From: the human T2T-CHM13v2.0 reference genome, Homo sapiens
Assembly: GCF_009914755.1 (NCBI RefSeq)
Contig: NC_060929.1
Reading direction: 5' to 3' (one strand)
DNA length: 64,000 bases
Below are positions 50,526 through 64,000 of this stretch, piece after piece (within the stretch, counting starts at the first letter, position 1; each line of letters begins with the position of its first letter). The position numbers were made by a program, and so were the translations under genes. The notes below the pieces were generated by a model that made no database searches, was not told where the DNA came from, and was given only the letters and a program-made list of their open reading frames with translations.

Positions 50526-52961
50526 TCCAGGCATTATTTACGTATGCTAGGTTAATAGCCATAAACAAAACAGATAGCGCTCACTACATGAAGTTCATAG
50601 TATATTGGAAAAGCAGATACAATAAATAATATGAATAAATGAAAAAATAATGCCAAGGAGGAAATAAGGCAGAAAAAAATGGTACAGTAAATTCTGAGAT
50701 GGGGAGGGGAGGGGATACAATTTTAAGTGACATATACAGAGAATAACTCTCTCAGAAGGTGACATTTACATCAAGACCTAAGGGTATTGATTCTGTAGGT
50801 ATATCTGAGGAGAACATATTCCAGAGAGAAAACATAGCAAAGCGTTTAGTGTTGTTGAAATAGAGCTACCTCAGCTGTAGAAGAGGAAGTCAGGAAGCTA
50901 ATGGGAGGCCATGTTATAAAGGGTTTTGTAGACAATTTTAAAGACTTTGCCTAATATTCTGAATGAAGGTTCTGAGAAGACTAATATGATTTGATTTATG
51001 TTTTAAAGGAATAACTTTGCCTGATACCTATTGAAAACACTGCAGGGAGGCAAGGGCTGGACAGCTAGTTAGCTATTGCAGTTGTCTACAGAAGAGATGA
51101 TGCTGGTTTATACCATGTTAGTAGTGGTGGAGCTCTTGAGAGGTGGTAAGATACTGGGTCTGTTTTGAAGGTGGAGTCAACAGAATTTTTTGAGTTGATG
51201 TACTATGTTAAAAAAATGAAGAGAGAGAGAGAGTAAGGAACATTGTAGTACCTTTTGAACATTATAGCACCAGTTACCTGAAAAAATACAATTGATATAC
51301 CTGGTTGAGTCTAACCTTTGCCAGGGTTTCATATAAGTTACTTATCTAAATTCTCTGTGAATATTTGTACCAATATGGAACTCACCACAATCTAAAGCAA
51401 TTCATTTAGGTGTTTGAATCATTTATCAAAACAAAGGAACAAGTACACAAATACTGCTTGACTCCTCCAAAATGAGTATTAGCAGATATAATACTATTAA
51501 ATTTTCTATGTCGTCTTTGTATCTGTTTTCAGTAAGTAGTTTTCAAGGAATTTATTAATTTCATCTATGTTGTCAAATTTTTTGGCATGTAGTTATTTAT
51601 AACATTTCTAAATTATTCTTTTAGTATCTACAGCTCATATAGTGATGACCTGTTATCTCTAATATTGGTAATATATGTTTTCTTGACTCTGGTCAATTTT
51701 GCAAATAGCTTATCAACTTATTCTTTTCAAGCAGCTAACTTTTGGCTTTGTTCTATTTTCTATTTCATCAATTTCTCCTCTTTATTACTTATTTTAAAAA
51801 ATTTTCTATGCTCATCATTGGCTAGCTCCTTCAGATGAAAGTTTAGATCATCCATTTTAGAACCTCTTTCTTTTCTAATATATGTATTAAAGTTATAATT
51901 TTCCCCCAAATTACTGCTTTGGCTGCTGGGATTTGATAGGTTGTATTTTCTTTGTGATTCATTTCATTTCTAAATTCTATGATTACTTTGAGTCATGAGT
52001 TATTTAGAACTCATCCTTTTACTTATAAATATATTTCTTATAAATATTATATAGTTGATTCTTTTTGTTCTTCCAGTTGGATAATTTCTGTCTTTTAACT
52101 GGAGTACTTACTTCTTAATATTCTATGTAATTACTGATACCATTGGATTTAAGTCTTCCATCATCCTATTTGCTTTTGAATACTTTTTTTATATTTTGGC
52201 TCTACTTTTTGCCTTTTTAAAAAACTAATCAAGGTCTTGGAATTATCATTAATTATTAAACTCATACTTCCAAAACACTACGAAGAGCAAATATGTTTCT
52301 TCTTTTACATGGAAAATATACATATGTTTTTTACCGTGGAAAACATACTAACAACTAAAATTTACTGAACACTTAGTATGTGACAGATACTGCGTTAAGC
52401 ATGAACTTACATGCATTATCTGTTTTAATCCCTTCAAGCAGTAATATAAAGTAAGGACTACTATTATTTATGATTTTCTGGTGAGAAAATTAAGGCTGAG
52501 AAAAGTTAGATAAGTTACTTCTCTAGTTAGTGGTAGAGCTAGGACTCAAAAACTCATGCAATTTATGAGTATTTACCTCTGAGTCTTTCCTTTCTAGGCT
52601 GTATATAACCAATACCTTCACTTAAAAAGGCGAATATTATTTCTGGCATGCCTATCATTCTAGATTTCTTCTTATGGGCAGGTAATTGTGTCACATATTA
52701 TAAAGGATATTTGCTTTCTTATTGCTTTGCTACTCCTTGTTTCTTTGTTTACTTACCTTGTCAAGTTAAAAATTGCCAAATACAGGAAGTTAAATCCACC
52801 TCATATGGTGCAAAATCAATCTTTGAGTTTGAATAACATATATCACACTCCTTTTACAACCATTTATTCAAGTTGGATTAAGGAACTCAAGAGGTTTTCT
52901 TAAGCCCACCCCTCTTCTTGAATGCCATAAAGTACGTCTGCTTTATTTTTTGCTTCTTCAG

Positions 52962-53092
52962 GATTCTGAGATGTGCAAAGACTACCGAGTATTGCCCAGG
53001 ATAGGTTATCTTTGTCCAAAGGATTTAAAGCCTGTCTGTGGTGACGATGGCCAAACCTACAACAATCCTTGCATGCTCTGTCATGAAAACCT
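52962..53092 (+). CDS. SPINK5: SPINK5 exon 31, Kazal domain 15 core (131 nt)
   Basis: cttcag|GATTCTGAG...AACCT|gtaagt; [43 protein letters not shown]. Confidence 0.98.
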
Positions 53093-55499
53093 GTAAGTAT
53101 TCAAGTTGCCCCATCATATCTTCCAGTTTAGAATTTCTCAGCTAGAGTGTTAACCCATAGTAATGCACTGATATAAATTCGAAATGTGTTGCAAGTAATT
53201 TATTCATCATAGAAGTTAAAAATTCAAAATTTGTGAATTATCTTTCTTATATGTAAAATAGAAAAGATTTAAGGCTATTCCTTTGGTAAATTGCTTACCT
53301 ACATTGTTATATGCTCTACTGAGAAGAAGAGAAAGAAAAAAAATAGTGGAGTTACAATTGCAGAATATTGGTATAATCCTGTGTACAGTCATGGGAGTGT
53401 GAACATCATTCATTCTGTGTGTAGTGGAGAAAAACAGTAGAGAACTACTGCTATATAACCCAGCCCAGTGTATTATATCTAAAAGGTCCTGTGACTATAA
53501 TATAGCTACATATTCCCCATTTCTTTAACCCTGCCTCTTGAAAGAAGTAGTACCTTGCAAAAGGAAAGTGCACTGTACAAAAGAAAGCCCAATAAATAAA
53601 TAGCTGATCTGATGTCTGCTCTCATATTTATGACTATCTGGGTATCTGGAGGCATATTATTTCATGATTCTGAATCTCACTCCCTTCATTGGAGAAATGG
53701 AGACAGTTCTCTGAGCTGCTGACTTCACAGATGATTGAAAAGAACTGCTAGATATGAAAATATTTTTATCTTAAGTTAAATACAAGGGATTCATTTTAAT
53801 ACTCTTATTATTGGCTTTAGTTTTGTTGTTGCTACTCTGCTCAAATGCTGTCTGAATTTTAAAATAATTTTTAAATAATTTCCCCTTGTCTCTATATGCA
53901 TCCCTTCCCTTCTCCTGGCCACCATTTGGCCAGCTTTCAAGGAGAGAATGGTGACAAACCTTGGTTTTCCCATCTCACCTGACCCCAGACCTACATTGTA
54001 GTACTACTTTATCCTTCTTAGGACACTATAAGCAAGGCCCAGAACATGAGGATAGGACTCCCTGATATCCTGCTTTTTAATCCTGGAAAAATATTTAAAA
54101 GAATTCATCTTTTAGGTAAGGTATGGTAGATATAGGTAAGGTATGGTAGGTATGGTATGGTAGGTATACTTCATCTATAGGTAAGGTATGGTAGATAAGG
54201 CACTTTCAGATTTCAGTCACTGAATCCCTGCAACCTGCTATGGAATGTTATTATCTTTATTGTTCAGAAGGTTAATCTGAGGCTCAGAGAGTCCAGGTAA
54301 TTTGTTTAAAGTTACAAAGCTAGGGAGTAAATCAGACAGGATTTTGACCTTATTGATTTGGATCTAAATACAGTTTTCTTTTTTCTCCACTAAACTACTG
54401 TTATTTCTAAGACAGTAGTTCCTTAAATTGTCAAAGACCAAAGATTCCTTAGATAATATGAAGAAAGTTACTCCTTTCAAGAAAATTTAAAAAAATGTGA
54501 TATGAACAATCCACACACATAATATTCATAGGCTCGTGGAGTACTTGAAATTCATCTGTAGACCTTATAGGTTTTTAAGAATTAAGAAATTCCCGTTTAA
54601 GGAATAAATATAACTGTCCAGGAATTCCATTACTATATATACCTTATCTCCAGCCCAGAAATCCTTTAATTCCTCTTTCTTATAAATGTCAGGGCCTAAA
54701 TTATCCATATAATTTTCTTCAACATTTTCATCAACTTTATAGACCCATAACAAGTGATCTTTTTAAGGGAAATTTAGCATAAGAAACTGAAATGATGAAA
54801 ATATTAAGAAAGCATACCTCAGGATAGTTTGTTTAGCTAAGGGAGCTGGGAGTAGATATTATAAAGAAGGATCAGGTTATCTGAGGCAAAAGGAAACAAT
54901 ATTCATTTCTAAGGTTTTAGAGAAAGTTATATGAGAGCAATTTCAATTTAAGCAATGCTAAAAGACAAATTGCACTGCCTTGATAGATAATGAGTTTCCC
55001 ATTACCAGAGGCAAACAAGTACATGTCTGATTCATAATATTTCTCCAGTGAGAGGCATTAAAATTCGTACTCCTTAAGATTCATTCCAACTACAAAACTC
55101 AGACTGTATCATTTGTGTCTTGTTATATTTTTCCCCAGGTCGTATTATTGGTACTCAATATAGTCAAACATCTCTCTGGGATCTGATTCTCGCATCTATA
55201 AATGCGAGATCACCTTTAGACCAGATGATCTCCAAGTTTATTTCCAACATTCTCTATGAATATATCAGTGAATGAAATGTGACAGGATAGGTCCAGGGCT
55301 AGGGGATGAATCTGGAGCAGAAGAGAGACAGCCTGGATGATACCTACTGAAAATGAAAGTAGTTGAATGCAGATCCCAGATCCTCCCTCTAAATACAGTT
55401 TGGTTTGATACCCAAGTGTCCTGCATGTTGGTCCTTATTTATTTTCTTATTATAACTGAGAACTTCCTCGTTGTTGAAGCATCCTCTGATCTGTTTTAG

Positions 55500-55590
55500 G
55501 ATACGCCAAACAAATACACACATCCGCAGTACAGGGAAGTGTGAGGAGAGCAGCACCCCAGGAACCACCGCAGCCAGCATGCCCCCGTCT
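55500..55590 (+). CDS. SPINK5: SPINK5 exon 32 (91 nt), end of D15
   Basis: ttttag|GATACGC...CCGTCT|gtaagt; IRQTNTHIRSTGKCEESSTPGTTAASMPPS. Confidence 0.97.
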
Positions 55591-58500
55591 GTAAGTACAT
55601 AAGTAGACTGGCCTCCATGGTTACGTTGTGAGGAGCACTGGGTTCTGGTTTTGTTCTCTTCCACTGAGTAATGGACATTTATCTGGCCAGAGAGGTGACA
55701 CTAGGTCAGGTGACCCAGAATTGGTCACATTTTCACTATAAGGATAATTAAGTAATTACTGAAATAAGTGGAAATAATGTAGCAGTTAATATTTTAAAAT
55801 ATTTAATGGGTCCATTAATAGATTGTTTATGAGCAATGTCTCCAACATAACGTTACTTATTTCAGGATAGGTTTTGTTTTCTGTGATCTATAATAAAAAG
55901 ATGAGACAGAGACCAAGAGAGGTCAGAGAGTGACAGAGTTGGATTTAAACAATTTCTATATAATGCCCATATTCTTGAACTTTACATTGTATTAAATTAT
56001 TTCCCAGCATTAAAAGTTGACCAATTTCATTTAAACTCCTGAAAGGATGTTTCAACGTACGTTACTGAATTTAACATTCTCCCTGGTGGCTATTTGAATA
56101 GTCATCCTCAGGGAGATGGTATGTAACATGAAAAAATAGGAATTTTCAAATAAGAGAAAAATGTTTTGTTATGGGATAAATGTGAGTGCAAATTTCAGTT
56201 TTTGCTGTGCTTATACGAGACTCTTGGCAAATCACATAAATACTCTAAACCAAATATCCCAATGACCTATGAAAATATTCAATAAATACTGACTTTTATG
56301 CATTTGGCACAGTGTCTGAAAAATTAATGTCACTATTATTATTATGCCTAAGACCAAAGTATGAATTTAGAAAAAGAGTCGAAAGTATGAACTTTTTCTA
56401 ACAGACCATGGTATAGTGCTTATTTATTTTTAATAAATTATTGTCAATTGTAGTTTGATAAAATTATGTGTAATAAACAATATTTTAATGCATTATATTT
56501 AATAAAGCTATTTATTATTATTCACATTCTCTTTGCTCCATTCCACTGCCACAAAAAGCTTTGGCAATAATGGAATCAGAAACTATTCAGCCAGATTTGA
56601 AAATCTTAGTCAAGCAATACTAGATAAGGCCATATTAAAAACGTCTGCCCAACAATCTTTGTTAAGGGAAATTGTGAAAACAAGAATCATAAGCTAGAGT
56701 CTTCCTAGTTTCACATTAGCAGCTGAAAGCAATGTAGAGGAAGCCGAGGACTGGAATGAAATCAGAAGACCTTATCTTTCTCATGTGGGCTTGACAAAGT
56801 TATTTACCACCCATTTAAAGACCTCTACTCTGGTTCTTTACCAGGATCCATAAAAAGGGAGTTTAAACTTTAACTCTAGTCCCTATATTGTGTTTGCTGT
56901 CTTATTATATAGAAATTCTTAGTAGTTTGCTCCCATTTTATTGACAGAATATACTGTTCCCCGTCCTCACAAACTCACCTTTACATATATCTCAGGAGAG
57001 AAAGGTCAAAATAGCTTTATGCCAGTCCAATAGACCACACCTTAGACCACACTTCCCTGTAACTCTCATCCTGTGTAGGCAACTTGGAAAAACTACTTTA
57101 TAAAGAACTTGCCATAGGTTTATACTGATAAGATGTATTTCTTTAAATAATGAAGAATGTTGCCGGGGCTTATCACACAGGGTGTTGTAAAAGAGTGCCG
57201 TTCTTCCATTTCTGAGTGTATGCTTTCCACTGGAGTTGCATAGCAGGCATTAATAATGACAGAAATTATTATGCTGTTAGTTAATGAAACAAAAATTAAC
57301 GTGTCCTGGACACAGGTGGAACTTCAGTCCCTGTGTAAGATTCAAGTGTGTGATCTCGGGTACAGTTGGTACAGACTGGTCATGGCCTAGCATTGTTCTG
57401 ATGACTAGTAAGGATGTATATATTGGGGTGGAAGCCTGTTGTTTGAACTTTATTTCTGGGTGGAAGTTTCTCTAAGAAAGTCTGGAATCTCAAGAATAGA
57501 ATAAGAGTCCAGGCAGTCACAAGTTTCTTGGAAAAGTAGGTTGAGTATCTTGGAACCCACTCTTTTGTTACTAAGTACATAATACTTTCTATTATGCAAT
57601 AACTATTATACAGTAACTACTAAGATTTACATAGGTCTTTAGAGTTTTATGTACATTTTCTGTTTGTACTCTTACAATAGTCATTTGATTAGGGCAGGGA
57701 TCACTGTCTTTCCCATTTTACAGAAAATCATCCTGGGGGAAACTGTCACTTATTAAAGTCCCTTAGTATAATATCTTGGGTTCAATGTAGATATCCTGAC
57801 TTCAATTCCAGTGCTCTACTACCATTCCTTAGTTGTCAGGAGATTCTGAAAACTAAGTGCTGTTGAGAAGGCATTATCTCAATTAAAAGATGATTTGCTA
57901 TATTGGAAGGAAATTTCTATATTAAGAAAAATACAAATATTATTTTGTGAGATAAATGACTATTCTTATCTATATCTGTCAATTTCATGACAGATTTTCA
58001 AGGATTCAGGAAAACCGAAGCTTGCTACTTTCAAACCAAAGAAAACCTCCTGGAGTTGATATAGGCAATGAAGTGGAGATTTGAGTTTGGAATGACAGTG
58101 CTGCTCGTGCCCCAGGTGGTACTAGTTGAAGATGTGCAGTTATGTGAAAGAAGACTTCCTGAGGCCCTCGCCCCCTTTAAGATTATTTTTAAATATTCAT
58201 TTAATGTTTTAAAGGCTGATTTCAAATATATGGATGAGTCAGGCAAAGGAAGACAGCTGATTACATTCTAGTGGTCTACAACAAACTATAGTAGAAAAAC
58301 ATTCATATTACAGGAAGTGAATTCAAGTTATGACCTAACATGACAGTGGCAAGTTACTAAACTTCTCTGAAGCTCAATTTCCTCATCTGCAAAATGGTGC
58401 TAATGACACCTACTTCTTTTTTATCAGCATGAAGGCTGCATGTAATCAAAGGCAGAATTAAGCCATGTTCATATTTGTGTCCACCTCAACACGTAGTACA

Positions 58501-58685
58501 TACTAGGTGCTCAATATTTGTTGTATCAAACTGGATAAAATGTGAAAGTGATTTTAAATTGCTACTTCTTTGCAGAATGCAGGATCTATGGATTTCTTTG
58601 ATTAAGATGTAGCTATAAATATACAGCCCACATTTCTGCAATATCTCTGGGTTCTAGCATCTAACCTACCCATCTTCTCTTCTAG

Positions 58686-58694
58686 GACGAATGA
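58686..58694 (+). CDS. SPINK5: SPINK5 exon 33 coding part (D-E-stop)
   Basis: ctaac branch motif, pyrimidine tract, ttctag|GAC GAA TGA. Confidence 0.95.
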   Translation, partial: DE

Positions 58695-58964
58695 CAGGAA
58701 GATTGTTGAAAGCCATGAGGGAAAAAATAAACCCCAGCTCTGAATCACCTACCTTCACCATCTGTATATACAAAGAATTCTTCGGAGCTTGTCTTATTTG
58801 CTATAGAAAACAATACAGAGCTTTTGGGAATGGACTCACTGATTTTCAGTCTTTTCCATCTCTTTCCTCCTAGACTCTGTGATCTGAGGGTATAAAGACA
58901 TGTCCACCAAGTCTGAGCCCTCAAAATGTCCTGATTACAATGCTGTCTGTCCAACTGCCTGTTC

Positions 58965-59054
58965 AATAAAAGTAAACTCAGCAGAACACCCTTTCTGGGA
59001 TTTCTTTGTCACTATCTGGATAATAGATATTTGCTTTTAAAGAAACTGAATAAA
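58965..59054 (+). terminator. SPINK5: Two tandem polyadenylation signals of SPINK5
   Basis: AATAAA at 58965-58970 and 59049-59054, each followed by U/GU-rich sequence. Confidence 0.85.
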
Positions 59055-59439
59055 CTCCTCTACCCTTTTGTCTTTTTGTGTTGCTAAACCCATTGGTGGA
59101 CAGAGAATGTTCACTTTTTTCCTGCTTAAGTTGCTGTCATAGCTGAGAAGGACTGTCTAGAAGAGAGGTGGGGAGATATGGGTTCCCATCAGCCAACAGC
59201 TATACAAAGTTAAACTAGCTATAAATCAGCTTCATCTTAACTATTCATTACCATACCAGCTCCCCTTTCTACATTTTCATGAATGGGATAACTGCCTCTC
59301 AGTTATTTAGGTCCCATCCAAACACATAAACCAGTAAGTTTTCATGTCTATTCATTAAGTTACCTCCTGACAATTTCCTTGTACCCATAATCTGGGAAGA
59401 ACTAAGAAAATTAATTACCAATTTGTGTAAGCCTCTAAA

Positions 59440-59722
59440 GTGGCACTCTCCAATAGAAATGTAATTTAAGCCATATATGCAATTTTAAATTTTCTAGAGG
59501 CTACAAATAATTAATAATTATAAAAATATTCATTTTAATAATACATTTCATTTAGCTTAAGATATCAAAACTATTAATGTAATCAATATAAACTTTTAAA
59601 TTTACTAAGTCTTTGATTTTGGTGTATATTTTACACTTACAGCACATCTCAATGTGGACCAGCCACATTTCAAGTACTCAAGAGATACATGTGGATAGAG
59701 GTCACCGTATTAGGCAACGCAG
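59440..59722. mobile_element. MER33/MER3-like hAT DNA transposon remnant
   Basis: tccaatagaaat...tatattttacacttacagcacatctcaat...agccacatttcaagtactcaa. Confidence 0.7.
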
Positions 59723-60041
59723 TGCTGCCATGAGCTAATGGACGTGGGAAATCAGAGGAGGAATGCAGACACTAGGTAGGGGTGGATGAAATGCTTGTAA
59801 GCACCTTCCTCTATGCTGAAACTCTGTAAATCCCTACTCTACCTAGTCGCTTTGTTCACTTGAAAATTCTGGGCTAGTTCTGAAAACACTCCATAGGGAG
59901 AAATTATATGGAAAATCCATTTTGCTGCAAGATGTTCTCAGCTCCAGAAGAACTAGCCTGATGGGACGGACTTACTTGGATTTGGGAAGTTAATTTGTTA
60001 TTTTTCTCCTCTTTTTTTTAAGTCTCTACTAGCTCAATTAA

Positions 60042-60113
60042 AATATCTCTGGGTTCTAGCATCTAACCTACCCATCTTCTCTTCTAGGATGAATGACAGG
60101 AAGATTGTTGAAA
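60042..60113 (+). repeat. 72-bp duplicate of the intron 32/exon 33 junction (58640-58711)
   Basis: 71/72 identical by eye; the only difference is GAC>GAT. Confidence 0.96.
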
Positions 60114-61221
60114 AATATCACCAAACCCTATTTTTCCTTTGTAACTGAGTGAAAATAAATTATCCCTTATGCTGCATTCTTTTCTATGTTACATTAAGAA
60201 AAAAAAAAGAAGGGCCAATAAGTAATTTTTTCAAGCATGAGAAATTCGGAGTAATTCCTGTTGAATTATTATTATTATTTGGCAATTTCAGGATGTACAG
60301 GATGGGTTCAGAGTGCCCATGACATATGAGATTTTATCTTCTTCCTGTTCACTTATAGGAAATCCAGAAAAACTCTTTTTCTGGCTAAAACATATGTTTT
60401 TCTGAGAAGGTGTTTTGTTATGTCATTTTGAATATTTGATTAGAATATAAACACAAACCCTTTATATTTATTTTATTATTATTAATATACTCAAAAGACA
60501 TTCTTATCCTGTCCTTAAGACTTAACCAATTCTTGGTAATCACTCCGAGTACAGAGAAAGAGTTTGGCTTAGGGATAGAGTGGGGTAGAGGATATAATAG
60601 TCTGGAATGGGATGAGACAAGGAAATGAGGAGAAGCGCAGTGACCTCAGGAGTAAGAATCAAAGGTGGAGGGCAGGGTGGGTGCAGAGGTCAGGAATAGA
60701 ACATGACCAAGGAAAATAAAGTAGAAAATACTGTGAGGCTCAAGGATTAGCGTTAAGAGAGTGAATGTGTAGAACACATTGCTTGTGATTTAAAAAGCTA
60801 AAAGTTGATTTATTTTGGGGTGTATACAAATTAGGAGTGTATATAAAATGGAATCTATGTCAAAATGGTAACAAATAGCTTCACTAAATATCAAGTAAAC
60901 TAATCTTTGGGTTACTTAAGTTATATCCTGATGGACAGGAGGTAAATGAAAACCAGACCTATCTCACTGAGGCTTCAAAACTAGATCTAAAATTCTAAAC
61001 CAGAAGGTGATGCTGAGATGGGACTAAAGAAAGCCAAAATACTTCTGTCAGCCCCATCTATCCACTACTACCAAATAGTTATGCATTTCTCTGTATAATT
61101 TGATCTTCAGATTTCATTTTGCATTAAGGGTGTTCAGAGATCTATCCCTTTGAAACTCTTATTTTCTCATATTAGAAGTCCTCCTGAAGCCTTCCCATTT
61201 CTTTCAGGCTTCAGAAATGCC

Positions 61222-61840
61222 TAAGGATGTGGAGAAAAGAGCACGTTTACATACTTTAGATGAAAATATAAATTATTTTAAACTCTGTGGAAAACAGTAT
61301 GTAGACATCTCAAAAAACTAAAAATAGAACTACCATTTGACCCAGCAATTCCATTACTAAGCATCTACCTAGAGGAAAATAAATCATTATATTAAAAAGA
61401 CACCTGCACTAGGATGTTTATCACAGCACAATTCACAGTAGCAACATCATGGAACCAACCTAAGTATCCATCAACAGTTGATTGGATTAAAAATGTGTTT
61501 TATATGCACCACGGAATTCAATGCAGCCATGAAAAGGAAGGAAGTCATGTCCTTTGCAGCAACATGGATGGAGTTGGAGGCCATCATCCTAAGTGAACTA
61601 ACTCAGAAACAGAAAATCAAAGATTGCATATTCTCAGTTATAAGTGGCACTCATAGACATAAAGACAGATAATAAACTCTGAGGACTCCAAAAGGAGCGA
61701 TGGGAGAGGGATGAGGGTCGAAAAATTACCTATTCGATATAATGTTCACTATTTGGGTGATAGGTACACTAGAAGTCTACCATTATACAATATACCCATA
61801 TAATAACATGCACATTTACTCATTGAATCTAAAATTAGAA
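61222..61840 (+). mobile_element. L1 (L1PB/L1MA-type) 3' end
   Basis: gaactaccatttgacccagcaattccattact...gcagcaacatggatggagttggaggcc...ttgaatctaaaat. Confidence 0.9.
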
Positions 61841-62564
61841 ATGAGACAAAACTTCAAGTTACCTCTGGAACCAACAGCAAATAATTCTGTAGTTGATTAG
61901 TAATTCCTGCCATAGGCACAGGGAGAAGTAAAAAAGGCAGGAACATCAGGTATTTGCCATCCCACAATAGGGCAGGTACTTAGGAACTGAGCAGATCTAA
62001 GCTCAAATCCTGACTTTGTCACTCACTAACTCTATGACAATGAAAATGCTACTTTATCTCTCTGGGTCTTCATTTCTTCTATAAAAGGGGGGCTAATAAT
62101 TTCTACCTTACAGGTTACAATTAGGATTATATTATATAGTTTATGAATGCCGTAAACTGAAGATCTCATATACATTAAGAGCTCAATAAATGCTTATCAT
62201 TATTTAATATAAAAACAGTAAGGTGTCAGAATTTTCCCTATTCAATAAGCTCTCTAATTCAATTAATTTCCCTGTGATTTTTTTTCTGTTTTAACCTCCA
62301 AAATATTTTTGACAACATAAATTTAAAAAAATTATAATTTTAGAAAATACAAAAGTATGCATGGTTTCTAATTTTCTTGAAACATACCATTTTCTTCACC
62401 AGTTTTTAATCTTTTAAGTAAGCACTCGTGTCCTGTGGATATCTTGGATCAGGATTTGCTGTTGTTTATTTGTACCTAATTTTCACTCTAATAAAATGGA
62501 TTGGATACTATAGCACAGTATTAAAGAAAAAAAAAGAAAGAAACTAAGGAGAGCACTTATCTAG

Positions 62565-62780
62565 ACTATGGATCTCCAAACCTTTCCTGTAAAGAGCCAA
62601 ATTGTAACTATTTTTGGTTTTGTGTAATATATATTCTCTTTTGTTGCTGCTATTGTATAAACAAATGCAAATAAATTTATATTATGTAAACATGTTCCCA
62701 CAGCTATGTACCAATAAAACTCTATTTACAAAGGTACATGATGGGTTGGATCTGACCCTGGGGCTGTAGTTTCCCTGGTG
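62565..62780. mobile_element. MER58-like hAT remnant
   Basis: caaacctttcctgtaaagagccaaa...ccaataaaactctatttacaaa...gggctgtagttt. Confidence 0.65.
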
Positions 62781-63004
62781 CAGACCAACTAACTCAGTAA
62801 TGGATGAATGTCTGGCTCTTGTCCTTATTTGCAACTTGTTTACGCTTTGCGCCTTTCCACACCTTCAAACACCAACAACATTCTTCATTTTACGATAATA
62901 ACAGTAATAATTTTTAAAAGTTCACTTTTATAAAAAACTTAATATGTGCTTGAAATCAAGAAAAACACATAGAGAAGCTCACATTTGTACCCCAAATCTA
63001 TGTG

Positions 63005-63390
63005 CTATTTTATGGATTGAATATCATTCCCCCAAAATTTGCAGGTTAAACCCTAGCCCCCACAGTAACTGTATTTAGAGATAGAGCTATTAGGGAGGTA
63101 ATTAAGGTTAAATGGAATTATAAGGGAAAGACCCTAATCTAACAGGATTGGTGTCCTTATAAAAAGAGGAAGAAACACCAGAGATCTCTCTCTGAATGTG
63201 CACAAGGAAGGGTCATTTGAGGACATAGCAAAAAGGCAACCACCTGTAAACCAGGATGAGAGCCTTCACCAGAAACGGGATTTTCTGGCACCTAGGTCTT
63301 GGACTTTTCGTCTCCAGAGTGTGAGAAAATACATTTTTGTTGTTTAAACCACCCAGCCTGTGGTACTTCGTTATAGCAGCAGAGCTAACT
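63005..63390 (+). mobile_element. MaLR LTR (MLT1/MST-like)
   Basis: tatggattgaat...gaggtaattaaggttaaatg...ggtgtccttataaaaagagg...tgtggtacttcgttatagcagc. Confidence 0.8.
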
Positions 63391-63889
63391 AGTGTAGTTG
63401 TGGCCTTCCTGATTGACTTTGACCAAGGTTACTCCAATATCTAACCCAGTTAGATTATGAATGAGTCCTCAAATGACACTCGCTGAGGACCTTACTAATG
63501 ATGATGTCCCAAACTGCTCTTTTCATAGAAAGAAGCAGAATAGGACATCCTGTTCTTTCCTGGGCACCATCCTGGCACAGAGATCCCCTTTTCTTTCCAG
63601 TACTGAAATTAATCTTTTAAGTAAATAACATATGACAATAAATCATTCTTCAAGCATGAAGAGAGAACAGAGAGAAAGATTGTCACTTTTTGATAGGTGC
63701 CTGGAAAAAACATCAATTAAAATATTTTTCTTTCTTGATAGAATTTTCATTTGACCATGTAAAAGTTTTTCTTGGATTATTTTGAGGGATGATGCGCTGT
63801 CTTGCTGCAAGTCATTCTAGGTACTTTATTTTAATTTGCTATAGTGCTTTTAACTATTTCTCAAGTCTATGGACATCTTGCATTCTACA

Positions 63890-64000
<111 letters not shown>

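Noticed and set aside
58896-58914. p53/p63 site in the 3' UTR (AGACATGTCC ACCAAGTCT)
   Set aside because: The core spacing is 5 rather than 6 nt, so it is only a half-site

Overview
AT-rich, Alu/L1-rich primate (almost certainly human) genomic DNA containing the 3' ~85% of SPINK5 (LEKTI, the multi-Kazal serine protease inhibitor mutated in Netherton syndrome) on the + strand. I read exons 5-33 directly from splice signals and translation (8107-58694 plus 3' UTR). Kazal-core exons (128 nt; 131 nt for D15) alternate with 3n+1 linker exons. The 90-nt cassette exon of the long isoform and the intron-28 read-through/polyA of the short isoform are both visible. Exon numbers, c. positions and variant names are from my recall of the SPINK5 literature, checked for consistency against exon lengths. 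The ORF-track entries are repeat or intron noise, or partial exon read-outs. I see no new gene system. The best unexplained structures are: (1) a 72-bp copy of the terminal-exon acceptor plus D-E-stop, 1.4 kb downstream, with its own AATAAA, i.e. a candidate alternative last exon; (2) signs that the long-isoform cassette exon is built from two degenerate Kazal-exon starts; (3) a 73-bp 92%-identical block shared by introns 7 and 11, next to a p63/AP-1/KLF motif cluster; (4) a template-switch rearrangement in an L1 3' UTR that made four ATGCAAAT octamers; (5) a ~210-bp AT-centred palindrome at an Alu end.
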